NCBI GenBank assembly: GCA_049517515.1
Contig: JBEKSA010000017.1
Span: 13,090-77,089, forward strand
Direction of reading: 5' to 3'
Length of the DNA stretch: 64,000 bases
DNA from: Terracidiphilus sp.
GTDB lineage: Bacteria; Acidobacteriota; Terriglobia; Terriglobales; Acidobacteriaceae
The translations under genes were made by a program, and so were the position numbers. How positions within the stretch are numbered: the stretch's first letter is position 1; the number at the start of each line of letters is the position of its first letter. Positions 49,274 to 60,535 of the stretch are shown in pieces. The notes beneath the pieces were generated by a model. That model ran no database searches and was not told the DNA's origin. It saw only the letters and a list, made by a program, of their open reading frames with translations.

Positions 49274-50886
49274 GATGCTGGCGCGCCTCGTGCTGCCTCT
49301 GGCCTGTTCGCCTCACGGTTCTTGCGATGCCGCCGGTTGTGCTCTGCCCCGCGCATCAGCAGCACTACGGGAATGTTGAGCAAGATCAAGATCCCCATCA
49401 GGAGAAATGCGTCGCCATAGCTGAGCAATGCCGCCTGTTGCTGGAGCTGCCGATAGATGAGCCCGCCGGCTTTGTGCGCCGCCGTCACCGGGTCTACACC
49501 CTGATGAGCGAGAAAAGGCGCCAGCTGCGCAAAGGCCTGCTGGCTCATCGGACTCGAAGCCGTGAGGTGGTCGCCGAGGATTTGCTGGTGAAATTGCTCA
49601 CGCCGCGCCATCAGCGTGGTGACAAACGAAATGCCCATGCTGGACCCGATATTGCGCACGGTGTTAAACAGGCTGGTTGCGTATCCGGTCTCCGCCTTCG
49701 GAACCGTGCTCATGGTCAGAGTCGTCATGGGCACAAACAGGAAGCCGAGAGCAAAGCCTTGCACGATCTGAATCCAGAAAATGTCCCAGGTTCCGGACTC
49801 GAGCGTCATGCGCGCGTAGGAGAAGAAGCAGAGCCCCGTGACGGCGAAGCCGACGATCAACAAGCGGCGCGCGTCCCATCCTTTGCCCAGAAGATAGGCT
49901 ACAAGCGGCATGCAGAGCGCGGTTCCGATGCCGCGCGGACTGTTCCAGATGCCCGCTGTGGTTGCCGTCCACCCCAGCAGCGTCTGCATGAAGAGCGGCA
50001 GCAGCACCAGGCTGCCGTAGAGCACGAACCCCATGATGGTGGCCAGCACCAAACCCGAAGCGAAGGTGCGCGAGCGCATCAGCTTGAAATGCACAATGGG
50101 ATCCTTGGCTCGAAGCTCGCGCAGCACAAAGGCCGTGAGTCCGACGAACGCAATCACGCACAGGACACGAATCAGGGTCGATCCGAACCAGTCCTTCTCC
50201 TGCCCCTTGTCGAGCATGATCTGCAGCGCGCCCATGCCTACGGCCAACATGCCGATGCCCCACGCATCCACGCCCAGCGAGCGGCGCCGCAAGTAGTGCG
50301 GATCGTAAATGTACTGCGAGATCAGAAGCAGGCTCAGCACGCCCACCGGCAGGTTGATAAAGAAGACCCAGCGCCAGGTCCAGGTGTCGGTGATCCAGCC
50401 GCCCAGCGTGGGGCCAAGGATAGGCGCCGCGATAATCCCAAGGCTCCAAAAGGCCATCGCCTTGCCCTGCTCCCGGCCCGGAAACTCCTCGAGAAGCACG
50501 GCCTGCGAAAGTGGCTGCAGCCCGCCGCCGGTCAATCCCTGGATGACGCGAAAGACGATCAACATGGGCAGATTCAGAGCCAGGCCGCACGCCAGGCTCG
50601 ACAGCGTAAAGCCGGCAACGGCCATCATCAGTACGCGCTTGCGGCCCAGCACGCCCGCAATCCATCCGGTTATGGGAAGGATGATGGCGTTCGCCACGAG
50701 GTAGGAGGTCAGTACCCAGGTTGCCTCCTCGACGGTCGAGGAAAGCGATCCGGCGATATGCGGCAGGCTGACATTGACCACCGATGTATCCAGCACCTGC
50801 ATCACGGCGCTCGACATCACGGCGATGGCGACCATCCAACGATGAGGCGGAATGGCCTCACCGTCGGGCGATGAAGTGGCCAGCAT
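49255..50886 (-). CDS. DHA2 (EmrB/QacA) MFS efflux permease
   Basis: DTSVVNVSLPHI, WVLTSYL, GPTLGGWITD and WVFFINLPVG motifs. Confidence 0.92.
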   Translation of the reverse strand: MLATSSPDGEAIPPHRWMVAIAVMSSAVMQVLDTSVVNVSLPHIAGSLSSTVEEATWVLTSYLVANAIILPITGWIAGVLGRKRVLMMAVAGFTLSSLACGLALNLPMLIVFRVIQGLTGGGLQPLSQAVLLEEFPGREQGKAMAFWSLGIIAAPILGPTLGGWITDTWTWRWVFFINLPVGVLSLLLISQYIYDPHYLRRRSLGVDAWGIGMLAVGMGALQIMLDKGQEKDWFGSTLIRVLCVIAFVGLTAFVLRELRAKDPIVHFKLMRSRTFASGLVLATIMGFVLYGSLVLLPLFMQTLLGWTATTAGIWNSPRGIGTALCMPLVAYLLGKGWDARRLLIVGFAVTGLCFFSYARMTLESGTWDIFWIQIVQGFALGFLFVPMTTLTMSTVPKAETGYATSLFNTVRNIGSSMGISFVTTLMARREQFHQQILGDHLTASSPMSQQAFAQLAPFLAHQGVDPVTAAHKAGGLIYRQLQQQAALLSYGDAFLLMGILILLNIPVVLLMRGAEHNRRHRKNREANRPEAARGAPASQPRSQ

Positions 50887-51287
50887 AGCCTTTGCTCTTG
50901 ACGAAAGCGAATTCGCGCCTTGCGCGGACCCTGCCAAGCGGGGAATGGAAACATCAGCCACGGCTGCCCACCACTTGCCGGGCGCAGAACAGCAGGCCGC
51001 GAGCTGTGGCGCAAAAGGCAAACCCGGCATCAGAAACAACGGCGGCACCGCTCTGCGCGCACACAGCCAAACCTCTGCGCTCTCGCGTCGTCTGTCCAGC
51101 GAGAGGGGCCTTCACTCAACCGATAACAAACTAGTCGAAGATTGACCCCAGTTTACTGCAGCACCGATTAACGCGCTACCCAGCCACCCCATCGCGAAGG
51201 CACCGACCGCACGCCACAGCCCCGCCACGATCGTTGATTCTTCATCCGTTACCCTCTTGAAGGATTTACTCTTATTCCAGACACGTC

Positions 51288-51992
51288 ATGCTGCTTGAAT
51301 CTCTCCGCGAACAAGTCCTCCGCGCCAATCAGGAGATCGCCCGTCGCGGCCTCGCGCCCCACACATTTGGGAATGCTAGCGGTGTCGACCGCAACAGCGC
51401 CAAACCGCTCGTGGTCATCAAGCCCAGCGGTGTCGATTACGCCGCATTAACCCCCGCTGACCTCGTCGTTACCGATCTCGATGGCAACATCGTCGAGGGC
51501 GCACTGCGTCCATCGAGCGATCTTGAAACGCACACGCTGCTCTACCGCGAATTTCCTCAGATCGGCGGCATCGTCCACACGCACTCCGAGTTCGCGACGG
51601 CTTGGGCTCAGGCCTGCCGCGCCATTCCATGCTTCGGCACCACCCACGCTGATTACTTTCGCGGTCCGGTCCCCGTCACTGAGCCGCTCACCGCCGAAGA
51701 GGTTACTTCAGGCTACGTTCGCAATACGGGCTCAGTCATCGTTCGCTGCTTCCGCTCGGGAAAACTCGATCCGGTGGCCGTCCCCGGCGTGTTGGTGGCG
51801 GGCCACGCCCCGTTTGCATGGGGCAAGAACCCCGCTGAGGCTGTCGAGCACGCCGACGTCCTTGAGTACATCGCCCGGCTCGCCTTCCGCAGCGTGCTTC
51901 TGGGCGCGCCGGAGGCCGGCATCCCCAGCCATGTCTCGGAATACCACTACCTTCGCAAACATGGCTCGAAGGCAACATACGGACAGCGCTGA
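51288..51992 (+). CDS. araD: L-ribulose-5-phosphate 4-epimerase (class II aldolase family)
   Basis: FGNASG, KPSGVDY, PSSD, HTHS, GTTHADYF and HYLRKHG motifs. Confidence 0.9.
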   Translation: MLLESLREQVLRANQEIARRGLAPHTFGNASGVDRNSAKPLVVIKPSGVDYAALTPADLVVTDLDGNIVEGALRPSSDLETHTLLYREFPQIGGIVHTHSEFATAWAQACRAIPCFGTTHADYFRGPVPVTEPLTAEEVTSGYVRNTGSVIVRCFRSGKLDPVAVPGVLVAGHAPFAWGKNPAEAVEHADVLEYIARLAFRSVLLGAPEAGIPSHVSEYHYLRKHGSKATYGQR

Positions 51993-52356
51993 CTCTGCAC
52001 CAGAGCCCATACATATTTGGCCGGCTCGTGGTCGTCCGCGCGAGATTTCACGCGCTCAAATCCGCGAAAGACTGCTAACCGGAACTCCTTTATTTTCGGC
52101 CGGTTGAAAGATAACTCGCCACGGGCCATCGATCTACCATTTTTCATAGATGGATTCTCTTCCGTGGAGGGCTGTTCTTGTTTTTTGCACTTCCGATGTG
52201 ATCTACTTCACTTCAGGTTGACATTTATTGACGACCCAAAGTCCATATCACGTCTGTTCTCAGGCGATTGGCCTGAGACCTCTAGCTAAGAGCCGCATCC
52301 TCCCTGCATGGCAACCGACGTGCTGGTAAGGCGATTAAAGTAGGAAATTCCCGCTC

Positions 52357-55242
52357 ATGGAGACAAGCCTTCTCAACCGCGTACAGGCTACGCTGCTGGC
52401 CTTGGCCACAGCCGCGCTGTTCGTGTTGGCGGTGCTGAATCTCCTCGAACAGCGCCAGTTTCCGCAGCCCGACGATGGCGTGTGGTGGGGCGAGGCTTCC
52501 GGCGGCCTGCACGCGGAAAAAGTTCTGCCTGATAAGCCCGGGCAGCGCGCCGGAATCCAGGTGGGAGACCTGCTGACGGGCGTCAGCGAATCCCCCACCG
52601 AAACCGTTACGCCCGTTACGGTGGTCGCTGATCTGGAGCGCGCACTTTACGCCACAGGTCCTTACGGCCAGGTCTACTACACCATCACGCGCGACGGCAT
52701 TCCCCTGGAAGCGCCTATCAAGGTCATTCCCGAGCCGTTGGATCGCAGTCTCGAGTTCGGCCTGCGCATCATCGGCCTCATCTATCTCATCATCGGCTTC
52801 TACGTCCTTTTCCGCCGCTGGGGCGCCCCCCGTGCGACGCACTTTTACCTCTTCTGCCTGGTTTCTTTTGCGCTCTACGCGCTGAAGTACACCACCAAGC
52901 TCGACACTCTGGACTGGATCGTCTTCTGGACGAATGTCGTGGCCGAGGCGCTGCAGCCTGCGCTCTTCCTGCACTTCGCGCTCAGCTTCCCTGAGGAGCG
53001 ATTCAAGAATCACCGCCGCCGCTGGCTGTTGCCCCTGGTCTACGCGCCCGGTGCGGGAATGCTTGCCCTGTGGCTCTGGTCCATCGGCACGCGCGAGGCC
53101 ACCAAGCTCCTGCTCGACCGGCTCTACCAGATCGACACGGCTTACGACGCCGTTTTCTACGTATGCGCCGCGCTTCTGTTCCTGCGCAGCTATAGCCGCG
53201 CCACCACGCCGCTGCTACGCCAGCAGTTGAAGTGGGTTACGCGTGGCACACTGCTTGCGGTTCTTCCCTTTACGTTCTTTTACGCCGTCCCCTATCTGCT
53301 TCACCTGAATCCGCCGCAACTGCTCACCAATCTGGCTGGCCTTTCGCTGGTGTTTTTGCCGCTCACGTTCGCCTGGGCCATCGTTCGCTACCGCTTGATG
53401 GACACCGACCTGATCTTCAAGCGCGGCGTCGCCTACACGCTGTCGGTAGCGCTCATTGGCGGCGGCTATTTCGGCATCATCGCGCTGATCGCCCTCGTGG
53501 TTCATCAGCGCTTGCCTGAAGCCATGCGCGAGTGGGCGCTGGTCATCGCCATTCTGGTCACGGCTGCCGTCTTCGATCCCCTCAAACGGCGCATTCAGGG
53601 CTGGGTCGAACGCGCCTTCGACCGGCATCGCTACGACTACCGGAGGGCCCTGGTCGAGTTCGGCAGCGGCCTCAGCTCCGAAACCGACCTGCAGGCGTTG
53701 CTCAACTCCATCGTCGAGCAGTTGCCGCGCACGCTCCTGGTGGCGCGCGTTGCCATTTTCCTGGCGCAGGACTCGGGCGGGTTGCGTCTTGCGGCATCGC
53801 ACGGACTACCTGATGAAGTCAGCGCAGGGCAAAGCAACCTGGCCCTCGGCTTTCTCAACTTCGACCGCGCCAAGGACCACTCTCACATCTTTCTCGAAAA
53901 CGCTCAAGCTGTTCTGCATCTGCCGCCAGACCAGCAGCGCACCGCCGCTCTGCTCGACCTCAACTACTATCTGCCCTGCCGGGTGGCTCCGGTGCGGTTG
54001 GAGAATGGTGAGGCCGCCAGCCGCACCATTGCCGTCATCGGCCTCGGCCGCACGCTGGGCGGCGACTTCCTGTCGAGCGAAGACGTCGAGCTTCTGGAAT
54101 CCCTGGCCAGCTACATCGGCATCGCCCTCCAGAACGCCAGCCTCTACGCGCGGCTTGAGGAAAAGATCGTTGAGTTCGAGCGCCTCAAGGAGTTCAACGA
54201 GAACATCGTCGAATCCATCAACGTGGGCATCTTCGCCATCGACCTCAACGACCGCATCGAAAGCTGGAACGCGCAGATGGAGGCGATGTACGCACTCAGC
54301 CGCGCTGAAGCCATCGGCCAGGAACTTCGTTCCGTCTTCCCTCTGGAATTCATCGAAGCCCTGGAGGGCTTCCGCAGCGATCCGGGAGTGCATCACCTCT
54401 ACAAGTTCCGCCTCACCACGCGCGCCGGCGAGCAGCGCACCGCCAACATCGCCATTGCGCCGCTGCTCTCTCGCAACTTCGTTCCCGTGGGCCGCATCGT
54501 CCTGGTCGACGACATTACCGAGCGCGTCACGCTGGAAACGCAGCTTGCCCAGGCTGACAAGCTCACCTCCATCGGCCTACTCGCTGCCGGCGTCGCCCAC
54601 GAGATCAACACTCCACTCGCTGTCATCTCCTCCTACGCGCAGATGCTGGCCAAGCAATTGCGCGGCGACGCGCGCCTCAGCCCCGTGCTCGACAAGATCA
54701 CGCAGCAGAGCTTCCGCGCCGCCGAAATCGCCAACGGCCTGCTCAACTTCTCGCGCACTTCCACCACCGAGTTCCGCTCCACCGACCTGAACCAGGTGGT
54801 TCGCGACACGCTTTCGCTGCTCGAGCACCAGTTCAAGACAGCGCAGATTCTTGTCGATCTCGAACTCGCCGACGAGCTTCCGCCGATCCACGGCAACCCC
54901 GGCAAGCTGCAGCAGGTCTTCCTCAATCTCTTGCTGAACGCCAAGGACGCCATGCCTGGCGGCGGGCGCCTGCGCATCGCCACGCTGGTCAACGGACACG
55001 TAGAAGCCGTGATCTCCGACTCCGGCTCCGGCATCGCGCCTGAGCACCTCAAGCGCATCTACGATCCCTTCTTCACCACCAAAAACCTGCCCGGCGACCG
55101 GCGCGGCACCGGCCTCGGCCTCTCCGTTTCGTACGGCATCATTCAGGAACACGCCGGCAAAATTCACGTCGACAGCGCAATCGGCGCCGGCACGACCTTT
55201 CACCTTGAGTTTCCCCTATTAAGGAATTCCGTCCATGCCTGA
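52357..55242 (+). CDS. Sensor histidine kinase (PDZ, multi-TM, GAF, PAS, HisKA, HATPase)
   Basis: AGIQVGDLL PDZ motif, AGVAHEINTPL, QVFLNLLLNA, DSGSGI and GTGLGLS motifs. Confidence 0.92.
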   Translation: METSLLNRVQATLLALATAALFVLAVLNLLEQRQFPQPDDGVWWGEASGGLHAEKVLPDKPGQRAGIQVGDLLTGVSESPTETVTPVTVVADLERALYATGPYGQVYYTITRDGIPLEAPIKVIPEPLDRSLEFGLRIIGLIYLIIGFYVLFRRWGAPRATHFYLFCLVSFALYALKYTTKLDTLDWIVFWTNVVAEALQPALFLHFALSFPEERFKNHRRRWLLPLVYAPGAGMLALWLWSIGTREATKLLLDRLYQIDTAYDAVFYVCAALLFLRSYSRATTPLLRQQLKWVTRGTLLAVLPFTFFYAVPYLLHLNPPQLLTNLAGLSLVFLPLTFAWAIVRYRLMDTDLIFKRGVAYTLSVALIGGGYFGIIALIALVVHQRLPEAMREWALVIAILVTAAVFDPLKRRIQGWVERAFDRHRYDYRRALVEFGSGLSSETDLQALLNSIVEQLPRTLLVARVAIFLAQDSGGLRLAASHGLPDEVSAGQSNLALGFLNFDRAKDHSHIFLENAQAVLHLPPDQQRTAALLDLNYYLPCRVAPVRLENGEAASRTIAVIGLGRTLGGDFLSSEDVELLESLASYIGIALQNASLYARLEEKIVEFERLKEFNENIVESINVGIFAIDLNDRIESWNAQMEAMYALSRAEAIGQELRSVFPLEFIEALEGFRSDPGVHHLYKFRLTTRAGEQRTANIAIAPLLSRNFVPVGRIVLVDDITERVTLETQLAQADKLTSIGLLAAGVAHEINTPLAVISSYAQMLAKQLRGDARLSPVLDKITQQSFRAAEIANGLLNFSRTSTTEFRSTDLNQVVRDTLSLLEHQFKTAQILVDLELADELPPIHGNPGKLQQVFLNLLLNAKDAMPGGGRLRIATLVNGHVEAVISDSGSGIAPEHLKRIYDPFFTTKNLPGDRRGTGLGLSVSYGIIQEHAGKIHVDSAIGAGTTFHLEFPLLRNSVHA

Positions 55243-56692
55243 GCCCACTGCTGAGGACGCACTGCCCGTGAACGCGCCTGTCTCCGCGCCCGCGATCGAC
55301 GTCAGTTCGCCCGCCGCGTCGATCCTGGTTGTCGACGATGAGATCGGCATCCAGGAATCGCTCGAGGTCCTGCTCTCCCTCGAGAACTACGCCGTTAAAA
55401 CCGCGGCCAACGGCGAGGAGGGCCTGCGCATGCTCGATCAGTCGAGCTTCGACCTCGTTTTGCTCGACCTCGCGTTGCCCGGCCAGAGCGGCCTTGAGCT
55501 TCTACCGCAATTCAAGGAGCGCCAGCCCGATCTGCCTATCATCATGATCACCGCCTATGGCACCGTCGACAACGTTGTCGAGGCCATTCGCGCCGGCGCG
55601 GAAAATTTCATCCAGAAGCCCTGGGACAACGAGAAACTACTCGCAGACATCCGCTCCGCAGTCGCCCGCCGCCGCGCCGAGGAAGAGAATCTTCAGCTCA
55701 AGCGCACCCTCAAGCAGCGCTACAACTTTGCCAACATTGTGGGCAAAAGCGAGTCCATGCTCCGCGTCTTCGATCTTGTCGCGCAGGTCGCTCCCAGCCG
55801 CTCCACAGTTCTCATTCAGGGCGAGAGCGGCACCGGCAAGGAGATCATCGCCAAGGCCATCCACGCCAACTCGCCGCGCCGCGACAAGCCATTCGTCCCT
55901 ATCAACACCGGCGCCATGCCCTCTGAGCTGCTTGAGTCCACGCTCTTCGGGCACGTCAAGGGCGCGTTCACTTCAGCTGTTGCCTCAAAGAAAGGTCTCT
56001 TCGAAGTCGCCAACGGCGGCACGCTCTTCCTCGACGAGATCGCCACCATGGGCCTCGACACGCAATCAAAGATTCTGCGTGTGCTGCAGGACAAGCGCTT
56101 CATGCATCTCGGCGGCATTCAGGAGCTTCAGGTGGACGTGCGCATCCTCGCCGCCACTAACGTCGATCTCCGCCAGGCGGTGCGCGATGGCCGCTTCCGC
56201 GAGGATCTCTTCTACCGCCTCAACGTCATCACCGTTGATTTGCCGCCGCTGCGCGCCCGCCGCGAGGACATTCCGCTCCTCGCCCAGCACTTCCTCGATT
56301 TTTACGCCACTGAGAACAACTTCGCTCCGCGCAAACTCTCCACCGACGCCATGCGCGCCCTCATCGACTACGACTGGCCGGGCAATGTCCGCGAGCTTGA
56401 AAACGCCATCGAGCGCGGCGTCGTACTCTCCTCCGGTCCGCTCATCGGCGCCGAGCTTCTCCCCGGACAGATCACAGGCCGCAGCTTCCAGGACGCGCTC
56501 CTCGAGCACAACCCGAACTCTTCGCTTTTCGACATCCTCGAAGTCATCGAGCGCCGCATCATCATCGAAAAACTCGAGCGATGTAACTGGAACCAGACTG
56601 AAGCCGCCGAGCAGTTCCGCATCCCGCTCTCCACGCTGAACCAGAAGATCAAGCGCCTCAACATTGAGATCCGGAAGCGGGGCAGGGAATAG
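55235..56692 (+). CDS. Sigma-54-dependent response regulator (NtrC family)
   Basis: Receiver LLDL, GESGTGKE, GAFTSA, LFLDEI, WPGNVREL and Fis-type HTH. Confidence 0.95.
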   Translation: MPEPTAEDALPVNAPVSAPAIDVSSPAASILVVDDEIGIQESLEVLLSLENYAVKTAANGEEGLRMLDQSSFDLVLLDLALPGQSGLELLPQFKERQPDLPIIMITAYGTVDNVVEAIRAGAENFIQKPWDNEKLLADIRSAVARRRAEEENLQLKRTLKQRYNFANIVGKSESMLRVFDLVAQVAPSRSTVLIQGESGTGKEIIAKAIHANSPRRDKPFVPINTGAMPSELLESTLFGHVKGAFTSAVASKKGLFEVANGGTLFLDEIATMGLDTQSKILRVLQDKRFMHLGGIQELQVDVRILAATNVDLRQAVRDGRFREDLFYRLNVITVDLPPLRARREDIPLLAQHFLDFYATENNFAPRKLSTDAMRALIDYDWPGNVRELENAIERGVVLSSGPLIGAELLPGQITGRSFQDALLEHNPNSSLFDILEVIERRIIIEKLERCNWNQTEAAEQFRIPLSTLNQKIKRLNIEIRKRGRE

Positions 56693-56808
56693 AAAGACAG
56701 GGAATAGCCAATAGGGAATAGGGAACAGGAAGCGTTGCTTCGCTCCCATTCGCCGGTTTGCCGAGCGCAGAAAACTGACAACTACGAACTAAGAACTGTG
56801 AACTGTTT

Positions 56809-57189
56809 ATGCCCTACTTCCTCCTTTAATCCGAGCCCGGCGTCTACTCTTTCGACGACCTCTTGCGCGACGGCGAGACCGCGTGGGACGGCGTGACGAA
56901 TCCCGCCGCCGTCAAGAATCTACGCGAGATGAAGCCGGGGATGAAGTGGATCTTCTACTACACTGGCGACGAACGCACCGCCGTGGGCACAGGAACGATC
57001 CTCAGCGTCGACTCGGCTGACCCGAAAGTCCCCATCGTGTGCGTCAAGGCAGGCAAGCGCCTCAAAAACCCGAAAACCCTCGCCCAAATCAAGGCTGAAA
57101 AGCTCTTTGCGCGCTCACCGCTCCTGCTCATCGGCCGGCTTTCGGTCGTTCCATTGACAAAAGAGCAGTGGGATTGGTTTCTCGGGTAA
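56809..57189 (+). pseudogene. EVE-domain gene with in-frame TAA at codon 7
   Basis: ATG CCC TAC TTC CTC CTT TAA TCC GAG CCC = MPYFLL*SEP where EVE proteins have LLKSEP; frame continues YSFDDLLRDGETAWDGV. Confidence 0.8.
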
Positions 57190-57210
57190 AGGTTCAGGGG
57201 CAGGGAACGA

Positions 57211-58206
57211 CTACTCCTCGTTTTTTCCCAGCCAGGCCCTAGTGTTCAGCAATTGGCGCTGATCCAGCGCCCACACTTTGCCCGTCAACTCGTCCGGCGC
57301 ACGGCCCTCGCGCGCCGACTTCTCAAACTCGCTGGCCATCGCCTGCATCTTTGCGTCCAGGTCGTCGAGGAAGTTGAGCACCAGCGCTTCGGGAATCATG
57401 GGCAGCTTGGGCGAGCCGAACTCCAACTTGCCGTGGTGCGACAGAATCATGTGCAGCACCAGCGTGCGCAGCCGGTCAGGGAATCCGGGCAGCCCGGCGA
57501 TCGTCTTCTCCACTAGATCGACGCCCATCTGGATGTGCCCGAGCAGAACACCCTCCACCGTGTAGTCGAATCCGGTGTCCCAGCTCAGCTCGCGGGTCTT
57601 TCCGATGTCGTGCAGAATCACGCCCGTGACAAGCAGATCGCGGTCGAGCATCGGGTAGTGCGCGGCTACGCGATCGGCGAGCCCCAGCAAACTCACCACG
57701 TGTTCGAGCAGTCCGCCCAGCCACGCATGGTGCAGTTGCCGCGCCGCCGGCGCCTCGCGAAAAGCCTGCGCGATTGGTGCATCGGTGAGTAACGCCCTGA
57801 GCAGCCGATTCAGATCGGGATTGGTCACGCTCGCGATGCTTGCCTCGAGCATCCGCCACAGCTCGCCCACATCGCGGCTCGTCGCGGGCAGCATATCCAT
57901 CTTGTCCGCTTCGCTGCCCAGCGCCTTGCGCAACTGATCCACTTTTAACTGTGCACGATCGTCGAAACGCGACACACTCCCGCGCACCTTTACGATGTCG
58001 CCACGCTCGAAGTCCCTGGCGATCCGCGGATCGCCAAGCTCCCACACGCGGGCTTCGATCGGTCCAGTTTTGTCGCCGAGCGTCAGGCTCAGATACGGTT
58101 TGTTCTGCTTGGTGGTCCGCTGCTGCTTGGCCAGCACGAGAAAGAAGCTGTCGAAGAGCTTGCCTTCGTCGAAGCCCATCAAATCCGCGATATAGATGTC
58201 TTTCAT
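57211..58206 (-). CDS. yhaM: 3'-5' exoribonuclease YhaM/CBF family (OB + HD)
   Basis: KPYLSLTLGDKTG, HHAWLGGLLEH, LHDIGK and ILSHHG motifs. Confidence 0.85.
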   Translation of the reverse strand: MKDIYIADLMGFDEGKLFDSFFLVLAKQQRTTKQNKPYLSLTLGDKTGPIEARVWELGDPRIARDFERGDIVKVRGSVSRFDDRAQLKVDQLRKALGSEADKMDMLPATSRDVGELWRMLEASIASVTNPDLNRLLRALLTDAPIAQAFREAPAARQLHHAWLGGLLEHVVSLLGLADRVAAHYPMLDRDLLVTGVILHDIGKTRELSWDTGFDYTVEGVLLGHIQMGVDLVEKTIAGLPGFPDRLRTLVLHMILSHHGKLEFGSPKLPMIPEALVLNFLDDLDAKMQAMASEFEKSAREGRAPDELTGKVWALDQRQLLNTRAWLGKNEE

Positions 58207-58347
58207 TCTGCCGAGAAGATTAACGCAATTCTCCCGCTATGCCAAAGGTGCCGCTCAAATCGAACGAAACCCGTGCTGCCACCAGAACACTGCGGGCCTG
58301 GGATTCCATTCCCAGGCCCGCTCTGTCGGACAGATTGAATCTCGAGG

Positions 58348-60141
58348 TTATTGCGGCGTCGTTTGCTGCGGTTGAGGCTGGTCCGGATGGTCGGAGGGCG
58401 CCGGCGCTCCCGGCACGGGAGGAATGGGTGTCGGCTTCTGTACCGGCTTCGGCTGCGTTTCTTCCTCGCTCTTCTTCTTGTCGGCGATGCGAGTCTTTCC
58501 CTCGGTTGCAGTCGATGCCTTTTTCTTCTTCTTCGATGTATCTCCAGGCAGACCCAAAGGAGCCAACTGCGTCTGCTGGTCGGCTACCTCAGACGCATTC
58601 GGCGGCAAGGGCCCGGTCGCACCCGCCTGTCCGGCATTGCCTTTTGTCTTCGCCGTCTTGGGCTGTCGTGCGCGAGCGCTGAAACGCGTCTTCTGCGTTG
58701 GCGCGGCCGGCTCCAGCGGATTCGCCGGCTGGTCGGTATTCGAAGCCGTCTCGGGCAGCGCGCCCGCATTCTCCGTGGCTGAGTTTGTCGTCGCGGAAGG
58801 CAGCGTCTCGCGCGGCGCTTGGCCGAAGCGGATCTTTTCTTTCTTGCCAGGCTTCTCGGTGGCTGCCTCTTCCTTCTTGCTCCCCTTCTTCTTTTTGTTG
58901 GTTGCCCGGGTTGGCGTGGCTGCCGGAGGCGCCGGCGCTGCGCCGGTCGGCGCTTCGGTGGCGCTCTGAGCGGGCGGGCCAGATGGACCCGATCTCTCAC
59001 GGAAGCTATGCGTGCTTTCGCGGAACCTCGTCCTTTCCACCTTGGCCTTCTTCTTCGGCGCCGGCGGCACATACGCGCTGAAACTGATGCTTGAATGCAG
59101 CTCGGCGGGTGTCGCGCCGGCGTCTACATATCCCTGCTTGATCTGGATGAAGGCTTCATCTCGCATCCGGCTCAGATAATCGCGAATCGCCGGATCCATC
59201 AGGCTCATGTAATACGCCTGTTCCACGTCCTCCTGCACATCCTTGTACGGCCGTGGTCCGCCCGGCGTATGCTGCACGACTTTCAGGATGATGTAGCCCT
59301 GCCGCGTGAGAATCGGATCGGTGTACTGGCCCGACGCCAGATCGAATGTCTTGTCCTCAAGTACCTTGGGAAGCTGGCCCCGCTTATACTGGCCCAGATC
59401 GCCGCCAGACGCCGCCGTGGAGCCGTCGCTGAAGCTCCGCGCCAACTGCGCAAAGTCTCCGCCCGCGTGCAGCCGCGCCTCAAGGTCGTCCGCCTTTGCT
59501 TTGGCCGCCGCAACCTTCGCTGGATCGTCGGTTCCTTCCTTCCCCGTGGAAATTAGAATCTCGCCCAACCGCACGCTCTCCGGCTGCACGTAATCCTGTT
59601 TGTGCTCCTCGTAGTACCGCTCGACCTCGCCGGGAGTCATCTGGATATGCTCGCCAACCTCCTGCCGCATCACCTCCTGGGTGATGATCTGGTTGCGGAT
59701 GTTGGCCTTGAAGTCCTCGAAGGACACGCCCTGCTCTCTGGCCGCCTTCTCCAGATCGTCAATCGAATCCAGGTTGTATTGCTTGCGGATCTCGTCCAGG
59801 CGCTTTACCAGTTCCGTTTCGCCGGTGATGTCCAGTTCCTTGCCCTTAGAGAGCCACAACTGCTGGTCGATCAGATTGCGCAGCAGGTCCTTCCGCTGAC
59901 CTGCCATCTCCTGCATCGATGCACCGTTCTGCTTTCCTACCTGATCCAGCTCGGTTTCCGCTCGGTCGTAGTCTGACTTGGTGATGATCTGGTCGTTGAC
60001 GCGAGCAATAATGTCCTCGACGGTCGTCCCGCCATAGGGGCTCTCCGGTTCGTTCGCCTGGCCGATTGAGAGGCTGGGGCACACCAGAAGCGCCGCGCCA
60101 AACGCGAATGCCGCAAATCCGCGAAAATGTCTCAAATTCAT
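58348..60141 (-). CDS. SurA/PpiC-type peptidyl-prolyl isomerase with long low-complexity tail
   Basis: IIARVNDQII, DFAQLARSFSDG..GGDLG and PILTRQGY motifs. Confidence 0.9.
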   Translation of the reverse strand: MNLRHFRGFAAFAFGAALLVCPSLSIGQANEPESPYGGTTVEDIIARVNDQIITKSDYDRAETELDQVGKQNGASMQEMAGQRKDLLRNLIDQQLWLSKGKELDITGETELVKRLDEIRKQYNLDSIDDLEKAAREQGVSFEDFKANIRNQIITQEVMRQEVGEHIQMTPGEVERYYEEHKQDYVQPESVRLGEILISTGKEGTDDPAKVAAAKAKADDLEARLHAGGDFAQLARSFSDGSTAASGGDLGQYKRGQLPKVLEDKTFDLASGQYTDPILTRQGYIILKVVQHTPGGPRPYKDVQEDVEQAYYMSLMDPAIRDYLSRMRDEAFIQIKQGYVDAGATPAELHSSISFSAYVPPAPKKKAKVERTRFRESTHSFRERSGPSGPPAQSATEAPTGAAPAPPAATPTRATNKKKKGSKKEEAATEKPGKKEKIRFGQAPRETLPSATTNSATENAGALPETASNTDQPANPLEPAAPTQKTRFSARARQPKTAKTKGNAGQAGATGPLPPNASEVADQQTQLAPLGLPGDTSKKKKKASTATEGKTRIADKKKSEEETQPKPVQKPTPIPPVPGAPAPSDHPDQPQPQQTTPQ

Positions 60142-60535
60142 AGAACCGACGTCCGGCCGTTTGCCTGGCGCATGCTTTCCTGGTGCCTGGTGCATAGACG
60201 CAATTGTAAATGCCGGGAGAGCCGAAACGGAAAGCGGATGCCGGCCCAAGCCTGCGGGCAACCCTCCGCAATGTGCCTTCGCGCCCCCCAAACCACGGTA
60301 ACCCGGCTACCCGCCCGCCTGGGCGCGCGTCAAATACAGCGGTGTTATACTTTAGCCGAAGACGGCCTCGCAGCCTCAGTGCGAGCGGTTCTTCCATCTC
60401 CCTGGCCTTGCCAATACCGGGCAAGGTCAATTTTTATCGAGCGGAAATCCAGCATTGGCCGGATTCGCTCCCAGGCGATGGAAGGTCCGCCGTCCGGCGT
60501 CTGGCGCACGCGCCGTCTGGAGGTTCGGTTTGCCC

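Noticed and set aside
56827-56829. Stop-codon reassignment (TAA read as sense)
   Set aside because: TAA ends many genes here (e.g. 12997, 15780, 18176), so a point change or sequencing error is simpler.
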